Numbered from the stretch's first letter, positions 18,964 through 33,879 are shown. The stretch: DNA of 64,000 nt from the human T2T-CHM13v2.0 reference genome, Homo sapiens (GCF_009914755.1 NC_060947.1), one strand, 5' to 3'. Translations and numbers: made by a program. The notes: generated by a model from the sequence alone, not told the origin.

Positions 18964-19562
18964 GGCTGAGTGTGGCTTATGCCTGTAATCCCAGACCTTT
19001 GGGAGGCAGAGGTGGGAGGATCACTTGAGGCCAGGAGTTCAAGACCAGCCTGGTCAATATAGCAAGACCCCATCTCTGCAAAAAAAAAATTTTTTTTCCA
19101 AGATGGAGTCTTGCTCTGTCACCCAGGCTGGAGTGCAGTGGTGAGATCTCAGCTCACTGCAACCTCCGCCTCCTTGGTTCAAGCAATTCTCCTGCCTCAG
19201 TCTCCTAAGTAGCTGGGATTACAGGCACCCACCACCACACCCGGATAATTTTTGTATTTTTAGTAGAGACAGGGTTTCACCATGTTGGCCAGGCTGGTCT
19301 CGAACTCCTGACCTTGTGATCCACCCACCTCAGCCTCCCAAAGTGCTGAGATTACAGGCAAAAAAATTTATCAATTAGCTAGTTGTGGTTGTGTGAGGCT
19401 GTAGTCCTAGCTCTCAGAAGGCTGGGGTGGGAGAATCATTTGAGCCCAGGAGATTGAGGCAACAGTGAGTTATGATGACACCACTGCACTAACTCCAGCC
19501 TGGGTGACAGACACTGTGTCTCTCAAACCAACCAAATAAATAAATAAATAAATAAATAAATA
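18964..19562 (+). mobile_element. AluJ with an antisense AluS (19090-19358) nested in its A-rich linker
   Basis: Left arm 18964-19089, right arm ~19375-19525, (TAAA)n tail; outer TSD taaaacatggttt. Confidence 0.85.
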
Positions 19563-19655
19563 AAACATGGTTTTGGCTTTTTGTATTCCACTGCTACATG
19601 TGATTATAATGGATCTTTGTTATCCAGAAGTACCTCACATAAAGAACACATACTG

Positions 19656-20103
19656 GGCCAGGCCAGTGGCTCACTCTTGTAATCCCAGCATTTTGGGAGG
19701 CCAAGGCAGGAAGATCACTTGAGGCTAGGAATTTGAGTCCTGCTTGAGCAACATAGTGAGACCCTTGTCTCTCCAAAAAATAAAAGAAAAAATTAGCCAG
19801 TCATGGTGGTATGCTCCTATAGTCCCAGCGACTCAGGAAACTGAGGTGGGAGGATCCCTCAAGCCCAGGAGTTCAAGATCAGGCTGGACAACATAGGGAG
19901 ATCCCCGTCTCACAAAAAAATTTTAAAAATTAGCCAGGAGTGGTGGCGTGTGCATGCAGTTCCAGCTATTTGGGAAGCTGAGGTGGGAGGATCACTTGAG
20001 CCTGGCTGTCACTTGAGCCTTGAGCCAAGGCTGCAGTGAGCTATGATGACACCACTGCACTCTAGCCTGGGTGACAGAGCAGGATCCTGTCTCTAGAAAA
20101 AAC
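19656..20103 (+). mobile_element. Trimeric AluJ-like element
   Basis: Three monomers separated by two A-rich linkers (aaaaattagcc at ~19790 and ~19928). Confidence 0.8.
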
Positions 20104-22355
20104 AAGAACAGTTTATTCTTCTATTTCTAATAATCCATACTCCTAAGAATACCAATAAAATATTCACAGTAGACTCTTCCTGCTACCAATGCATACATTT
20201 AAGTTCAAAGGCCATAGAAAATTCTCAAAAAAAAATCCCCTCTCCACTTGTTAGTTGCTATCTCAGTTCATCTTCCATGAAAAGAAAACTTCTCTTGTCC
20301 TCAGCCCCCAATATAAAAAAAAAGGAGGGAGAGGATTACGTGGTATGTCCTTGGCTGCCTCACAGAGTTGACCAGCTTGTTCTTTATGTCTTTGGGCCCA
20401 TAAACACAAGCAAACAGATATTAATACTTTTCTCGAAGGCATTCAGCCAATTCCTACATAAATGTTCTTTTACCTCCAGGGAGATGACTGTAAATATGAA
20501 TGGTGCTTAAGCTATTAAATGTTAATATGCTTAGCTCATTAAATCTTCTTAGGAATAATCTGCAGTAAGGGAGGGTCTATTAACATTCATATGCCTGCCT
20601 ATCTGTATGTCTGCCAGGGCATATGTGGTACCCAAAGAAGTACGGGGTAAGTCTCAACCAGAGCACAGCCTAAGTATGAATGCTGCTAAGTGGCACACCT
20701 GCTGCCAAGGGGAGCCAGCCAGTCCCAGATGTGAGTAACATAGGGGAGCACTAGAGTGTTGAATATGAGAGTCATGGTGGATCGGGCCTTTTGAAAGAAA
20801 CTGTCTTCAACATGTCAAAAAGAAAGGGGGAAAAGGAGGTATGGGTTACAACTTGGATTACCCTTATAGGATATTCTTATTTTTCAAAATACCTCTAGAT
20901 CCTTAGAATTTTTAATTATTAAATATTAGATACCTACAATGGAATGTCTGCAATGTGTCTGCAAATTATAAAGTATAGCCATAATACCTGTAAACCCAAT
21001 GTCCATCAAGGAGATGACGGAGGTCTGCTTTTGGCCTCTGTATTCTGGCCAAGTCTACTATTTGGTTTTGATTTTGGGCTAGGTCTTTGGAAAGCTGAAT
21101 AGCCAATGCCCACATCAACATCATTTCGGTTTCCCTGAACTTGTGCATGATCAGAGAACAACATTTGGAATTATTATATCAAAATATCGAAATATTCAGT
21201 TTCAAATGTAAGCATTCTAGATGATAATTGGACTGAAAATTGGCTCTGTTCTCTAGATGTCAAAATTCTCAATCACTCGGAGCCTAAATACACATCTATT
21301 ATTGCAGGAGTAAAATGCTGCACTAATAAATAATGATTGAGGAAGCTGTTAAATTTATGTACAAGCACCATGACTACGCACGTCAAGTAGTTAAATTAAC
21401 AGGGAATCCTAGCTACTCAGAGGCTGAGACAGGAGAATCACTTGACGCCAGGAGTTCAAATCTAACCTGGGCAACAGAGCAAGATCCTATCTCTTAAAAA
21501 TGAACAATAGGCAAATAGGTTGAGAGTTAGTATAAATATTTTAAAAGAGTGTGTTTACTTGATAACTATATGAAAAAATTATATACTTTTCAAGCTAATA
21601 AATGTTTATAAAAATTACATAATAATTCCAGAGCAAATAGTATAAATTAGATTGGATAGTAATTCAAATATTTTTTATTAGTTTGACGTACTTGTGTTTC
21701 CCACATGAAACAACATCATCTTTAAGGAATGAAGTTAACTTTCAAGTATCTAATTCCATATAGGCCATAAATAAGCCTTTTAAGGAAAAGTCCCATTTGA
21801 GGCCTTAGTATTTTGTGATGATGAATTAAAAATCAGCATTGTCACCTCTAAGTTTCACAAGGAGGAAAACTCCAAAATCATTTATAACTACATCCATGAC
21901 AAATCATCTTCAACCACATACATAATAGAGAATATGCAGAGTATAACAAAGATGAAAATATTAAAGAAAATAGAAGCACCCTAAAAATAGCTTGGTTCTG
22001 TACTGACCTCAGTTGACAGTGAACATCTATTTAGTTTCATAAATGTGTAGATCAGGAGCAATCTAACAGTTAACAGTGTTAAAAAAAACACTGTTCCTAT
22101 ACTGAAGGTAAAACTAAAACAATTTGGATATTAAACGGTTTAATAATGGAAGTATAGCAATAATACATTTTTTAAATGAAGTTTCAGACTTGTTTTATCT
22201 CACAAGTTCATTCTACAATGATGATATTTGGTTTGGGCTGAATATTACACTAGACCTTTTAGTATTTTGTATTTGTCATTTCTTTATTGCTATTTATTGT
22301 TTTACCACATATATTGCTTAGCTTTGCTCATAATCAAACGTTCCATTTTTAATTT

Positions 22356-22386
22356 TTAAATATATATAGATATAGATATAGATACA

Positions 22387-22418
<32 letters not shown>

Positions 22419-22608
22419 ATTTTTTTGAGACAGGGACTTGCTCTGTTGCCCAGGCTGGAATGCAGAGGTGCAACCATGGCTCACTGAAGCTTCGACCTCG
22501 CAGCCTCAAGTGATCCTCCCACCTCAGCCTCCTGAGTAGCTGGGACTACAGATGTGTGCCACCACGTCTGGCTAAATTTTTTTTTTTAGAGAGACAAGGT
22601 CTCCCAGC
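22356..22608 (-). mobile_element. AluJ fragment with (TAGATA)/(TACA)n tail
   Basis: gagacagggacttgctctgttgcccaggctgg; tetranucleotide tract ~22384-22415. Confidence 0.75.
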
Positions 22609-25562
22609 CTGAACTTTCTATAGATGATATTATACTACATGAAACATTCTGGATGTTGACACTGGAGGTGAAATTGCTTTTTCACTCAATATTATGTTTA
22701 TGAGATTTGTTTTCTTTCCTACATCATGTTTCATCTTATGTTTATACATATATTTATTTATCTATTTTCTGTCATTGGATATCAGTGTTGAACATTGAGG
22801 CTGTTTATTTCTCTTTTTTTACTATTATTATCAAAGCTGCTCTAAATATTTTTGTACATGCCTCTTTACTTACATGTACAAGAATTTCTCAGGAGTATTC
22901 CCTGGAGTTGAACCATTGGGTCGTAGAGGATGTACATCTTCACTAGATAATACCAGTGTTTTTGAAAGTGGTAACACTAATTTATACTCTAGCCACAGTA
23001 TCCATACCTATTCTTTCCATGTAACTTCACAGAAATCTTGTGGCAATACTAAGGTTTACAGGGAGAAAGGACATGGGATTGTGAAATAAGAATTATTATA
23101 GGTGCCAGAAGACCTGCTTTGGGTTCTGCTACTAACTTGCTGTGGAAATTTAGACAAGCTGCTTCATTTTTCTGGGCCTCAACTTATTCACCTCTCAAAT
23201 GAAATGTTTGGATAAGGAAATCTTTGTGAACTTTCTTTCAGCTCCAAAATTCTCTTATCTCTAGCTTACAGTTGAGAACACTAAAACACAGAATGATTTG
23301 CTCTGCCCAAAGCACAGCATATCAGCAGAGCTCAAGTTCCTCGTATGCGAAGGGAGGCTAGACTATATGATTTTGGATAGCACTTCCTATTTTATAGTTC
23401 TTGTGCAATAGTCCATAATTTCAGAGCCAAGGTTAATCACCATGCATCGCATTAACTGATCTATTACTACAAACTTTAATTAAGTACATTGTATGTGCAA
23501 GTAAAAAATTATAGATACCAAGGAGGTAATGGGACATGTCCCTTGCCTTTCAGGAGCTAACAATGTAACAGAGGAGCTAGGTAGGTAAGCCAAGACCTAT
23601 CCCACTATAGTGAGATAAGTGCTATGATGCAAATGTGCACACACCATGGTAGAAAGGAATACTAGTTGAGGGAAGTAATGATTGAATGGCATTTTGAATG
23701 GCAAGTTATCTAGATGATGGAGTGAAGTCTCCAGAATTTATCCCATACTCTGGGTTACTGGCTGTCACCCCCTCTGAAATGTAATTTCTCTGAGGTCTCA
23801 AATTGGACTTTGCCTGCCTTGTTCTTTGCATTTTTCCAAGCATCTAGTGCAGTGCTTGGTGCAGCATAGTCTCTCAATAAATAGTTGTAAAATGAATGAA
23901 GAGTAATAGTACCTTATCATCCTAAAACATGTGATCGTTTACAAAAATGCTACTCTATACATTATTGTAATTGATCTTATCAGGTCCTTTTGGTACAATC
24001 AAAACACATGGGATTGAAAAATGGTCCCTCAGATGGTAAGCATGAAAAGAGAATTTTAAAACACCTGATAAAGTTGTTGTTGTTAACTATACAATTCTGC
24101 TCTTAGCAGAAGATGTTGCTTATATATGAGGAAAAATTAAATCTGAAATGAGAAAAAAAACTCTCTGAAATATAGTATCCTTCATCATTCCTGATTGGCA
24201 ACACAACGATCTCCTATTAAATGCATGAGGCACTCTCTTCCATATTACTGCCCTGCCTCTTTTGCCTGTATGTGCTCAAGAAATCAGAAAACAGACCTAG
24301 GACTAATTGCTATGAAAAATCAATTCCTGTCGTTTTCTATTTTTATCATGACAATGAATGTCGGATTGTTGTATCTGAATTCAAGAATGGGTATTATTCA
24401 TGTAGAAGAAATCAGACATGAAACAAAGAGCAGCTCTGTATAAAGAGTGGGGTTGAACATTTCTGAACTACTTCAGAACTACTGCCTGAGATACCTCTTC
24501 AGTGTCTCATTCCTATTAATACCTTATTTTCCTACAAAGCTGAACTGCTGCTTCAGAGCTACATTTTAAGACAATTATTCCAGATCTTGGCAAAGACCCA
24601 ATCGGGGTCTCTGAGAATCTACAAAGGGGTTGGCAAAGAGTAGAAGCAGTGAGACTTTGCTGTTTCCCCAATCTAAATAGAGTCGTTTGGTTACTTTGTC
24701 TCTTAGCACCTGTGTTCCCTCAGGTGCTAAGACCTTTATCACAATGAAGCTCCAGTTTACCCAAAGGTTAAGTTCTAAAATCAGCATATGGGGTAAAAAT
24801 AGCAGAGTCAAGATTACTATTAATAACCACTTAAATCTCCCATAAAATAGCATATAGTTGGTTTGTGAGTACTACCTTGTATGTAAATGTATTCTGTGAA
24901 CAGGAATATTCTATATATAATAGGTTATATAGGGAAAATATAACTTTCCATATTTTAACTACATAAAAGGAAGGTTGTTCAGAACAGAAATCACAGAAGT
25001 GCACCTATTCTGTTACTCTGTTTATTGGTGTAATTATTTAATGCTGATCACTCCCACTAGTCTTCAATCTCCATAAAGCCAGGAAACATATCTGATTTAG
25101 ATGTTTTCTGTATCCTAAATGCCTACCTCAGCTGTGCTCAATAAACAGATGTCAACCGACTGACTTAAAGTTGAAATGGGAGGACACAGTCAGGATAAAA
25201 GATTCATTGCAGAACCAGGCTGTTCTGCCACCATAGTGACCTCAATAACAATGTGCCCTATGAGCTGTTGGGCCCTAAAGATCACCCTGCTGGTTAGCAA
25301 CACTCCAGCTAGCTTCTGTATCACTCTGCTTCCTTCCTTCCTGCCTGCCTGAGAGGTAGACCAGAAGGAGATCTGCGATGGGTGGCATCTGTACACTAAA
25401 GGTCAAATGATAATCATTTAAGTACTATTATTTCTAACTTGGATCAATAAAAGTGTGGACTTTTATTATTTTATAAATTTAGCCTGCGATTTTACTTTGA
25501 GAATTTCTATGTTTACTGTTTTTAATCACTCCTATATGTGAATTTTATCATTTCAGAAAGGT

Positions 25563-26203
25563 ACCCTTTCAGTTTCCAGCTCAGAGAAGGCCAAGGTGCA
25601 ACCTTCTTCAGTCATCCTGAATCTGGGTTCATCTAACACCAGCTGCCTCATCATGCCACCTAAGTTCAACCCCAATGAGATCTAAGTCATATACATGAGG
25701 TGCACTAGTAATGAAGTCGGTGACACATCTGCCCTGGCTCCCAAGATCAGCACCCTGGATCTGTCTCCAGAAAAAGGCTGGATATGACATCACCAAGGGA
25801 ACTGGTGACCGGAAGGGTCTGAGGATTACAGTGAAACTGACCATCAGAAGAGACAGGCCCAGACTGAGGCAGTACCTTCTGTCTCTGCCCTGGTCATCGA
25901 AGCCCTCAAGGGACCAGCAAAAGACAGAAAGAAACAAAAAGCATTAGACACAATGGAAATATCACTTTTGATGAGATTATCAACTTGCTGGACAGGTGTG
26001 GCACTGATCTTTAGCCAGAGAACTCTCTGGTACCATTAAAGAGATCCTGGGGACTTCCCAATCTGTGGGCTGCAATGTTGATGGCCGCCACCACTGTCAT
26101 GACATCATAGAGGACATCAACAGTGGTACAGTGGAATGCCCAGCTAGTTAAGAAGTACGAAGGAAAATATTTCAATAAAGAATCATTTGACAACCAAAAA
26201 AAA
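25563..26203 (+). pseudogene. RPL12P: Full-length processed pseudogene of ribosomal protein L12
   Basis: 5' UTR (gaaggccaaggtgcaacc...), ATG 25653 MPPKFNPNEI* (premature stop at codon 11), then ...[13 protein letters not shown]..., ...[13 protein letters not shown]..., ...VECPAS* (stop 26149-26151); intronless, frameshifts, AATAAA 26174-26179, A-run. Confidence 0.95.
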
Positions 26204-26535
26204 GGAGGGGGGAGGGCAGATAGTACTCTTGCTCAGACCTTAACAAGATCTAGAAAAATGACAGAATAATCTGCTCCCATCTGTCAGTTAGGTTTCACTG
26301 TACTGACAACTTCAGCTAACATCATGGACCATGAAGAAACAAGATGAAAACACACAGGAGGGGAAACCTGAGACTTTTTTTTCTAGGCATGTAATAAATA
26401 CATACAAATAAAATGCCTCGACGGACCAAAAAACAAGGGAAATGGGATTATGAATGAGCTTTATTTTCCTTCTTATATTTTTCTGTGTTTTTATAAGTGT
26501 TCTATAATGATTATATGTTTTTTAAATCAGAAGAA

Positions 26536-26855
26536 GGCCAGATGAGGTGGCTCATGCCTCTAATCCCGGTACTTTGAAAGACTGAGGCAGGAGGATCAAT
26601 CGAACTCAGGAGTTCAAGACCAGCCAGCATAGCAAAACCCTGTTTCTACAAAAAATAAAAATAAAAAAAATTAGCTGGGCATGGTGGCACGTTGCTGTAG
26701 TCTCAGCTACTTGGGAGGCTGAGGTGGGAGACTTGCTTGAGCCCAGGAGACTTGTTTGAGCCCAGGCTGCAGTGAGCTATGATGGTGCCACTGCACTCCA
26801 GGCTGGGTGACAGTGAGACCATCTCTAAAAATGAAAAAAGAAAAGAAAAAAAAAA
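26536..26855 (+). mobile_element. AluJ
   Basis: Diverged dimer with A tail and a short internal duplication (ggagacttg[c/t]ttgagccca x2). Confidence 0.85.
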
Positions 26856-27151
26856 GATTGTGAAAAAGAAAAGTTCAGAGACACTGAAAATCCTGAAAAT
26901 CTAACTGTGATTATACTATTTTAATTGTGTAAAGATGCTACTTGATTATTTCTAACTTGGGTCAATAAAAGTCAGTCTCTCCCAATTAGTACTCTTTTTG
27001 AGACAAAATTGCAAATTGCACTCTGATCACACAACCATCTGTTGACTTCAGTTTGTCTTGCATTTCATTCACCACCTTGAAATAAGTACCACTTCTAAGA
27101 TGTTATAAATGAGAGGCTTAGTAAGGGTTAGTGAAGAAAGGAGGAGACCAT

Positions 27152-27428
27152 GGACAGGCGCGGTGGCTCACTCCTGTAATCCCAGCACTTTGGGAAACTG
27201 AGGCAGGTGGATCATCTGAGGTCAGGAGTTCAAGACCAGCCTGACCAACACGGAGAAACCCCATCTCTACTAAAAATACAAAATTAGCTGGGCGTGGTGG
27301 CACATGCCTGTAATCCCAGCTACTCAGGAGGCCGAGGCAGAAGAATCACTTGAACCCGGGAGGTGGAGGTTGCAGTGAGCCGAGATCACACCATTGCGCT
27401 CCAGCCTGGACAAGAGCGAAACTCCCAA

Positions 27429-27432
<4 letters not shown>
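27152..27432 (+). mobile_element. AluSp/Sx
   Basis: cctgaccaacacggagaaacccc; tail expanded into a purine microsatellite. Confidence 0.9.
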
Positions 27433-27480
<48 letters not shown>

Positions 27481-27600
27481 AAGGAAGGAAGGAAGGAAGG
27501 AAGGAAGGAAGGAAGGAAGGAAGGAAGGAAGGAAGGAAGGAAGGAAAGGAAGGAAGGAAGGAAGGAAGGAAGGAAAGGAAAGAAGGAAGGAAGGAAGAGG
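27427..27600 (+). repeat. Compound (GAAA)n(GA)n(GGAA)n microsatellite
   Basis: About 17 uninterrupted GGAA units at 27479-27546 plus further interrupted units. Confidence 0.95.
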
Positions 27601-27686
27601 TAGTCCAGCCACACTGCTTGTTTCCACACATTTCAAGTGTGACTACCACCTTCTCACCAACCACCCCTTAACTTTTAGCATATTGA

Positions 27687-27986
<300 letters not shown>

Positions 27987-28866
27987 TAGTTGCATAGATC
28001 ATTTCCTTGCAAATTTAGCTACCATTTGTATAATCCACATTCTTCAACTGCATTCTATAAATGCAAATACATATGAGGAGAAATAAGGAAGTAATTTAAT
28101 CACACAGGTAAAAAGTCATGGAACAGTTGTAGCTTCCCCATCTTACCTCAGGTCAAGCACTGCATGATACATATACATCCTTTTAGAGATAAGGTTAATT
28201 TCCTTTATATGCCTCAAATCTCATTGAATTAGAGAACTATTGTATTGTAGTTTAAAATTAAAGGAATGGAATTGGATGGAATGCAATATCACGGGAAGCA
28301 CACTGGGCTGATCTCAGTTCTGAGCTCTGCTACCAAGTAAGATTTTGGGTTAAATGTTAAATTAGAAAGTTGAAATAAAAGAACTCCATAGGGCATTTGA
28401 GTTCTAAAATTTCATTATTTTTCAGATTCTAAACTGCAAGCATACCACAATATGTTAAGTGACAGCTCTTTGTTAGCAAATAAGTCTTTTTCTCTAGCAG
28501 CACCGGGATTTTTGCATGACATCTATAATTCACATCATTCTGGCATCTATCTAAATATTCCTACTAGTGAAACATAAACTGCTTGTAGTCTGTGGCAGAT
28601 TGGGCATGTAGCTGTATTATCTTCATCTGTGATCCACTTAGGCCTACTTAATTCTACCAGGTGAAGCTGAGTCAATGCTCTGACATGGGTATTCCAAGGT
28701 CCACCTAGGTCCTGCCTCTAAAATTAAGCTGGAAAAACACTACCCAGTGCAATTCCAACTCACTATCTAGCACAGACTGAGAGCAACTATGTTACTTCAT
28801 TTAAAATGAAATAAAACTTTGTAAATTGGCATCATGACGCAATTTTACACAAAGAGTATTGGCCAA

Positions 28867-29033
28867 GGCCAGGCATGGTGGTTCATGTCTGTAATCCTAC
28901 ACTTTGGCAGGCCAAGGCAGGAGAACTGCTGGAGCCCAGGAGTTCAAGCTTACGGTAAGCTGTGATCCTGCCCCTGCACTCCAGCCTGGGCAACAGAGTG
29001 AGACTTTGTCTCTAAAAAAAAAAAAAAAAAAAA
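28867..29033 (+). mobile_element. FRAM / Alu monomer with poly-A
   Basis: ggccaggcatggtgg...cactccagcctgggcaacagagtgagac plus A20. Confidence 0.8.
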
Positions 29034-29738
29034 GTTTTAAAAAACAATAATCTCACTATACTTCTATTCATAGTTTGCATTACCAATTTTTGGGCCTTAT
29101 CTATTCTAAGTGGATCACTCCCAAATCTTCATCTCCATCTCCAGTTCAGAATAATCTCCTGAGTTCTAGACTCATATCTCCCACTGCTGAATGGCATCTC
29201 TTCTACTTTTCTGTCCATAGACCCCTGAGACTCAACATACTCCAAAATGAACTCATCATCTCCTGCCTCTGTTCCTTAAATCTACTCCTCTTCCTGTGTC
29301 TATGATCTCTGAGGACAGCAATGCATTCATCTTGGGGACTTGGGTTTTAAACTTCAGCACATCATCTTTGACTCCCCTTTCTCATAAGTAATCAGTTGTC
29401 ATGCTCTGTCAAGTCATGTCAATCTGCCCCTCAGCATCTCTGTCATCCATCTTCTCCCCGTATCCACTGCCCTATCCTCTAGTTAGGCACTATTCTCCCT
29501 AATTCTAGTCTCCAATTTCTCCCCATCAATCCATCTCTCACATTGCTGCCAAATAAACTTTCCAGATGCACAGATATAAGATTTATATTCCCCAACCCCA
29601 AAACTTTCAGAGGCCCCCAATTCCTATAGAATATTGGTTTTCAGACATTTTTATTTTTCAAAATCAAATGAATGCTATCTTAGACAAAAACCTGTCACAG
29701 AACTCCGGTGTATAAAACACAAAAAAGTGATATCTTAT

Positions 29739-30426
29739 TGAAACTGCCATTGCAGGTTTGTGGCTGAGACAGTGAAAGAGATCTGACCTAACCAACTCCA
29801 TCTTGCTTCTGGCCTCCAAGCTGTCCTTGTTCATTCCTGGGTGTAGGCTGAAATAACTTTGGGAGGAACTTAGTTTACAGTATATAGTTTAAAACAAAGA
29901 TGATAATAGCCCTTTCCCAAAACAAACCTCCTTGCCTGTGGACTAGACTGTCTTTGTAGGACTAACAAATTAGCCACAGAATTACAAGTTATGGTTTAGG
30001 AGTCACGCAGCTGAAGGCTACAAGATTCTGACCCTCCCTAAACTGCTCCTAAGATCAGTGCTTGAGATATTTTGCAGACCCTGCACTTGATGGATCAGCT
30101 GATACCACCCAGATCAATAAACTGGCTCATCTGATCTTGTGTCCCCCACCCAGCAACTGACTCAGCAAGAGAGGACAGCTTCAACTTCCCATGATTTCAT
30201 CTCTGACCCAACCAATAAGCACTCTTGACTCACTGGCCTTCCCTCACCCACCAAATTATCCTCTGATCCCTGAATACTCAGGGAGACTGAATTGAGTAAT
30301 GATAAAACTCCAGTCTCAGGCACAGCCAGCTCTGCACGAATTACTCTTTCTCTCTTGCAATTCCCCTGTCTTGAGAAATCGGCTCTGTCTAGGCAGCAGG
30401 CAAGGTGAGCCCATTGGGTGATTACA
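29739..30426 (+). mobile_element. LTR8-like ERV1 solo LTR
   Basis: TG...CA termini (tgaaactgccattgca...cccattgggtgattaca), 688 bp, 4-bp TSD ttat; gagatctgacctaaccaactccatcttgcttct motif. Confidence 0.85.
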
Positions 30427-30902
30427 TTATTAACATGAATTTCTTTTGTAAGTTAAAAATCATTACATCTATGTATTTTGAAATCAATCAGTGAGAAAAA
30501 TGGGGCTCTTTTGATAAACACAAAAACCTGAAATCAAGGGCTAGGGAACTACATTCTTATATTAACATCCAATTTGATTCTGTTTTTGCTTTTGTTTTAT
30601 AATAGAGCTGGGTCTTAGGCTGGAGTGCAATGGCTATTCGCAGGCACTATCATAGCGCACTGCAGCCTGGAGCTCCTGGGCTTAAGCAATCCTCAATCTC
30701 CCGAGTGGCTGCAACTACAGGTATGCCCCACCATGCCCCACTTATTTCTGTTTTTTTATTTTGGTGGTACAGTATTGAGAAAATTCTTACCCATAGATAA
30801 GTAGCTGCAAATGCTAACAATTTTAGCAGTTCATCTTGTAAGATACTTTATTTGTACAAGACACTTTACTATAAAGTCTACACAAAATGGGTCAAGAGGT
30901 AG

Positions 30903-31746
<844 letters not shown>

Positions 31747-31934
31747 CTTTCACACATGCTTAAAAAGAAAGAAAAGTTGTTTTGCTTTTTCTAATTATTG
31801 CTGTGAGAATGTATATGTAAGAAAAGAAAATAGTAAAACAGAGAAAAATTCCCCTTAATCCCTAAACCCAAGTATAACTACTATAAATGTTTTAGTGTAA
31901 TTTCCTTCCTAGTATGATTGATAGTTAGGTTATA

Positions 31935-32165
31935 GAGAACTATGCCAAGCACTTAAATAGAACTGTGCCAAGCACTTAGATATTATCTCATTAAATACTC
32001 ACAAACACCCTATTATGCAATTAATTTTATTATTTTCATTTTACATTAAGGAAACAGAGGATAAAATAGGTTGAGTAACTTGCCCAAGGTCACATAGTAA
32101 ATTGCAGAGCCTGGCTTCACACCAATGTGTCTGACTCCAGAGACTATGTATTTAACCACAACACT
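31935..32165 (-). mobile_element. MIR
   Basis: taacttgcccaaggtcacatag...tgtctgactccagag; 23-bp-period tandem duplication at 31936-31978. Confidence 0.7.
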
Positions 32166-33879
32166 GTATGGCTTTCCTTTTCATGCCCTCTTTCACTTAC
32201 TTTAACTCTGCCCACTTTAATTTACTATTCCTTGAAGACATCTCCCTCTGCTCATGCCATTTCCTTTGCTAGGATTTCCCTTTTCTCCATTTCTGCCTAG
32301 TCAAATCCTGCTTGTCATTTAAATGCCACCTACTCCTGAAAGTCTTCTCTAACCCATTTTCAGCTCTCCCTTCTAGAACGCCCAATAATACTCTTTCCTG
32401 TACTTTTTCATCTACTCCCTCATCCTGTATCAACCTCCTCCCTTCCCCAGCCTCCCACACTCTAACAAAGACAGCAGGAGTTTACTATATTTGTCAGTGC
32501 TGAGTGACTAGTGGCCTTTCTCCAGTTCCCACGCTTTGGACCTGGTGTTGAGCAGTTACTCTAGGATGCAGCTACTGGGATAGAGGGAGGTGGCTTGGTG
32601 CTCTGATACTAAGTAAAAACTGGAGCTCCTCTGCACACAAGTCAAGAAAACTGTTCCTTCTGTGATCTTGGCAAAGCCAATCTGCCACTCCTCCCCCCAC
32701 CCCCCCAACACTGCACCCCTGCTCCCAGGGCTCCCTGTTGCTTTTTTAACTTCTTTTCCCCTCAAGTCTGCCCTTGACATTCCTTTGAAGAGGATTTCCT
32801 CTTGATAAGTCATTCATAATGTGCGATAATGCCAGTTTTGTGATCTGTCCTGGGTTCTGCAAGGACAGCCTTGGTGGCTAAACAAATTTTCTTTGCTTTA
32901 TTTCAAAGTTTTTGTGGCCCTCTAAGGAGGCCATTACAACTGAAAAGCAATGTTCTGGATCTGAGATCATGAAATGTAGTTCCATTGGAACTGTGTTTCT
33001 GAGCTTCACAAGTCATCTCTAGGGATCCTTGAAAGAAAGTGCGGACATGTTTATCCAACTCACTTGTTAAGGGTGAAAGCAATGGATTGTCTGTACATAT
33101 GCCAACTGGAATGCAGCAGCCTCAAGTGACTAGGACTAGAAGCCATGAACCTTCTGGGTGCATGCCATTTGTGGAAAGACAGTTTGCTGATGTATTTCTG
33201 ATGTATTTCCACATTCTTATTACAGGGATGTGGGAAAATGTCAATCTCCAGCCTGAACTTTGCCTTGAATTCAAGATTTATACATCCAACCGCTTACCAG
33301 ACATCTTTAACTGGATATAGGACAGACATCTCAAATTTAACATGTCTAAATGAGTTCCTGATATTCCCTCTGCCCCCACCTACCCCACCCCCTAGACACA
33401 AACCCTTCTCTTCCCTCAGTCTTCTTATCTCAGCTAAGGGCAACCTCATTCTTCTGATTGCTCAGATCAAAAACTTTAGTGTCTAATGTGGTAATATATT
33501 TGGGGAAAAAACAAACCTTAGTGCCATTCTTGTCTCCTCTTTTCTCTTTTCCCTTCCACCTCAAGGTTTTGTACTTGCTCTTCCCTCCACCTGGAAGGCT
33601 CTTTCACCAGATCTCCACAAAGCTAGCTCACACACAGTAATCACTCAACAAACATCAAGTGAGTAAATGTTGAATGAATGAAAGATGCCAGATTTGAATG
33701 AAGAATGGTTTCACCCTAGTTTAAAACTTTTTAAACTGCTTTCAGAGATTACATGGGGAAGGGACCCAAAGGAGTAAGGTTCTTGACCTCCAATCCCCTG
33801 CCTTTACCAGAAAAGACCCAAATCTTACATATTGGTCTTCCATGCCAGCCTTATTTTAAAGGAAACATTACTTGGATAG

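Noticed and set aside
22072-22095. aacagtgtt-A6-aacactgtt hairpin (also tgtgaaag/ctttcaca near 9800)
   Set aside because: 8-9-bp stems are expected by chance in 64 kb of AT-rich DNA
25711-25947. ORF containing RPL12 peptide ([13 protein letters not shown])
   Set aside because: Frameshifted pseudogene; the true start is followed by a stop at codon 11
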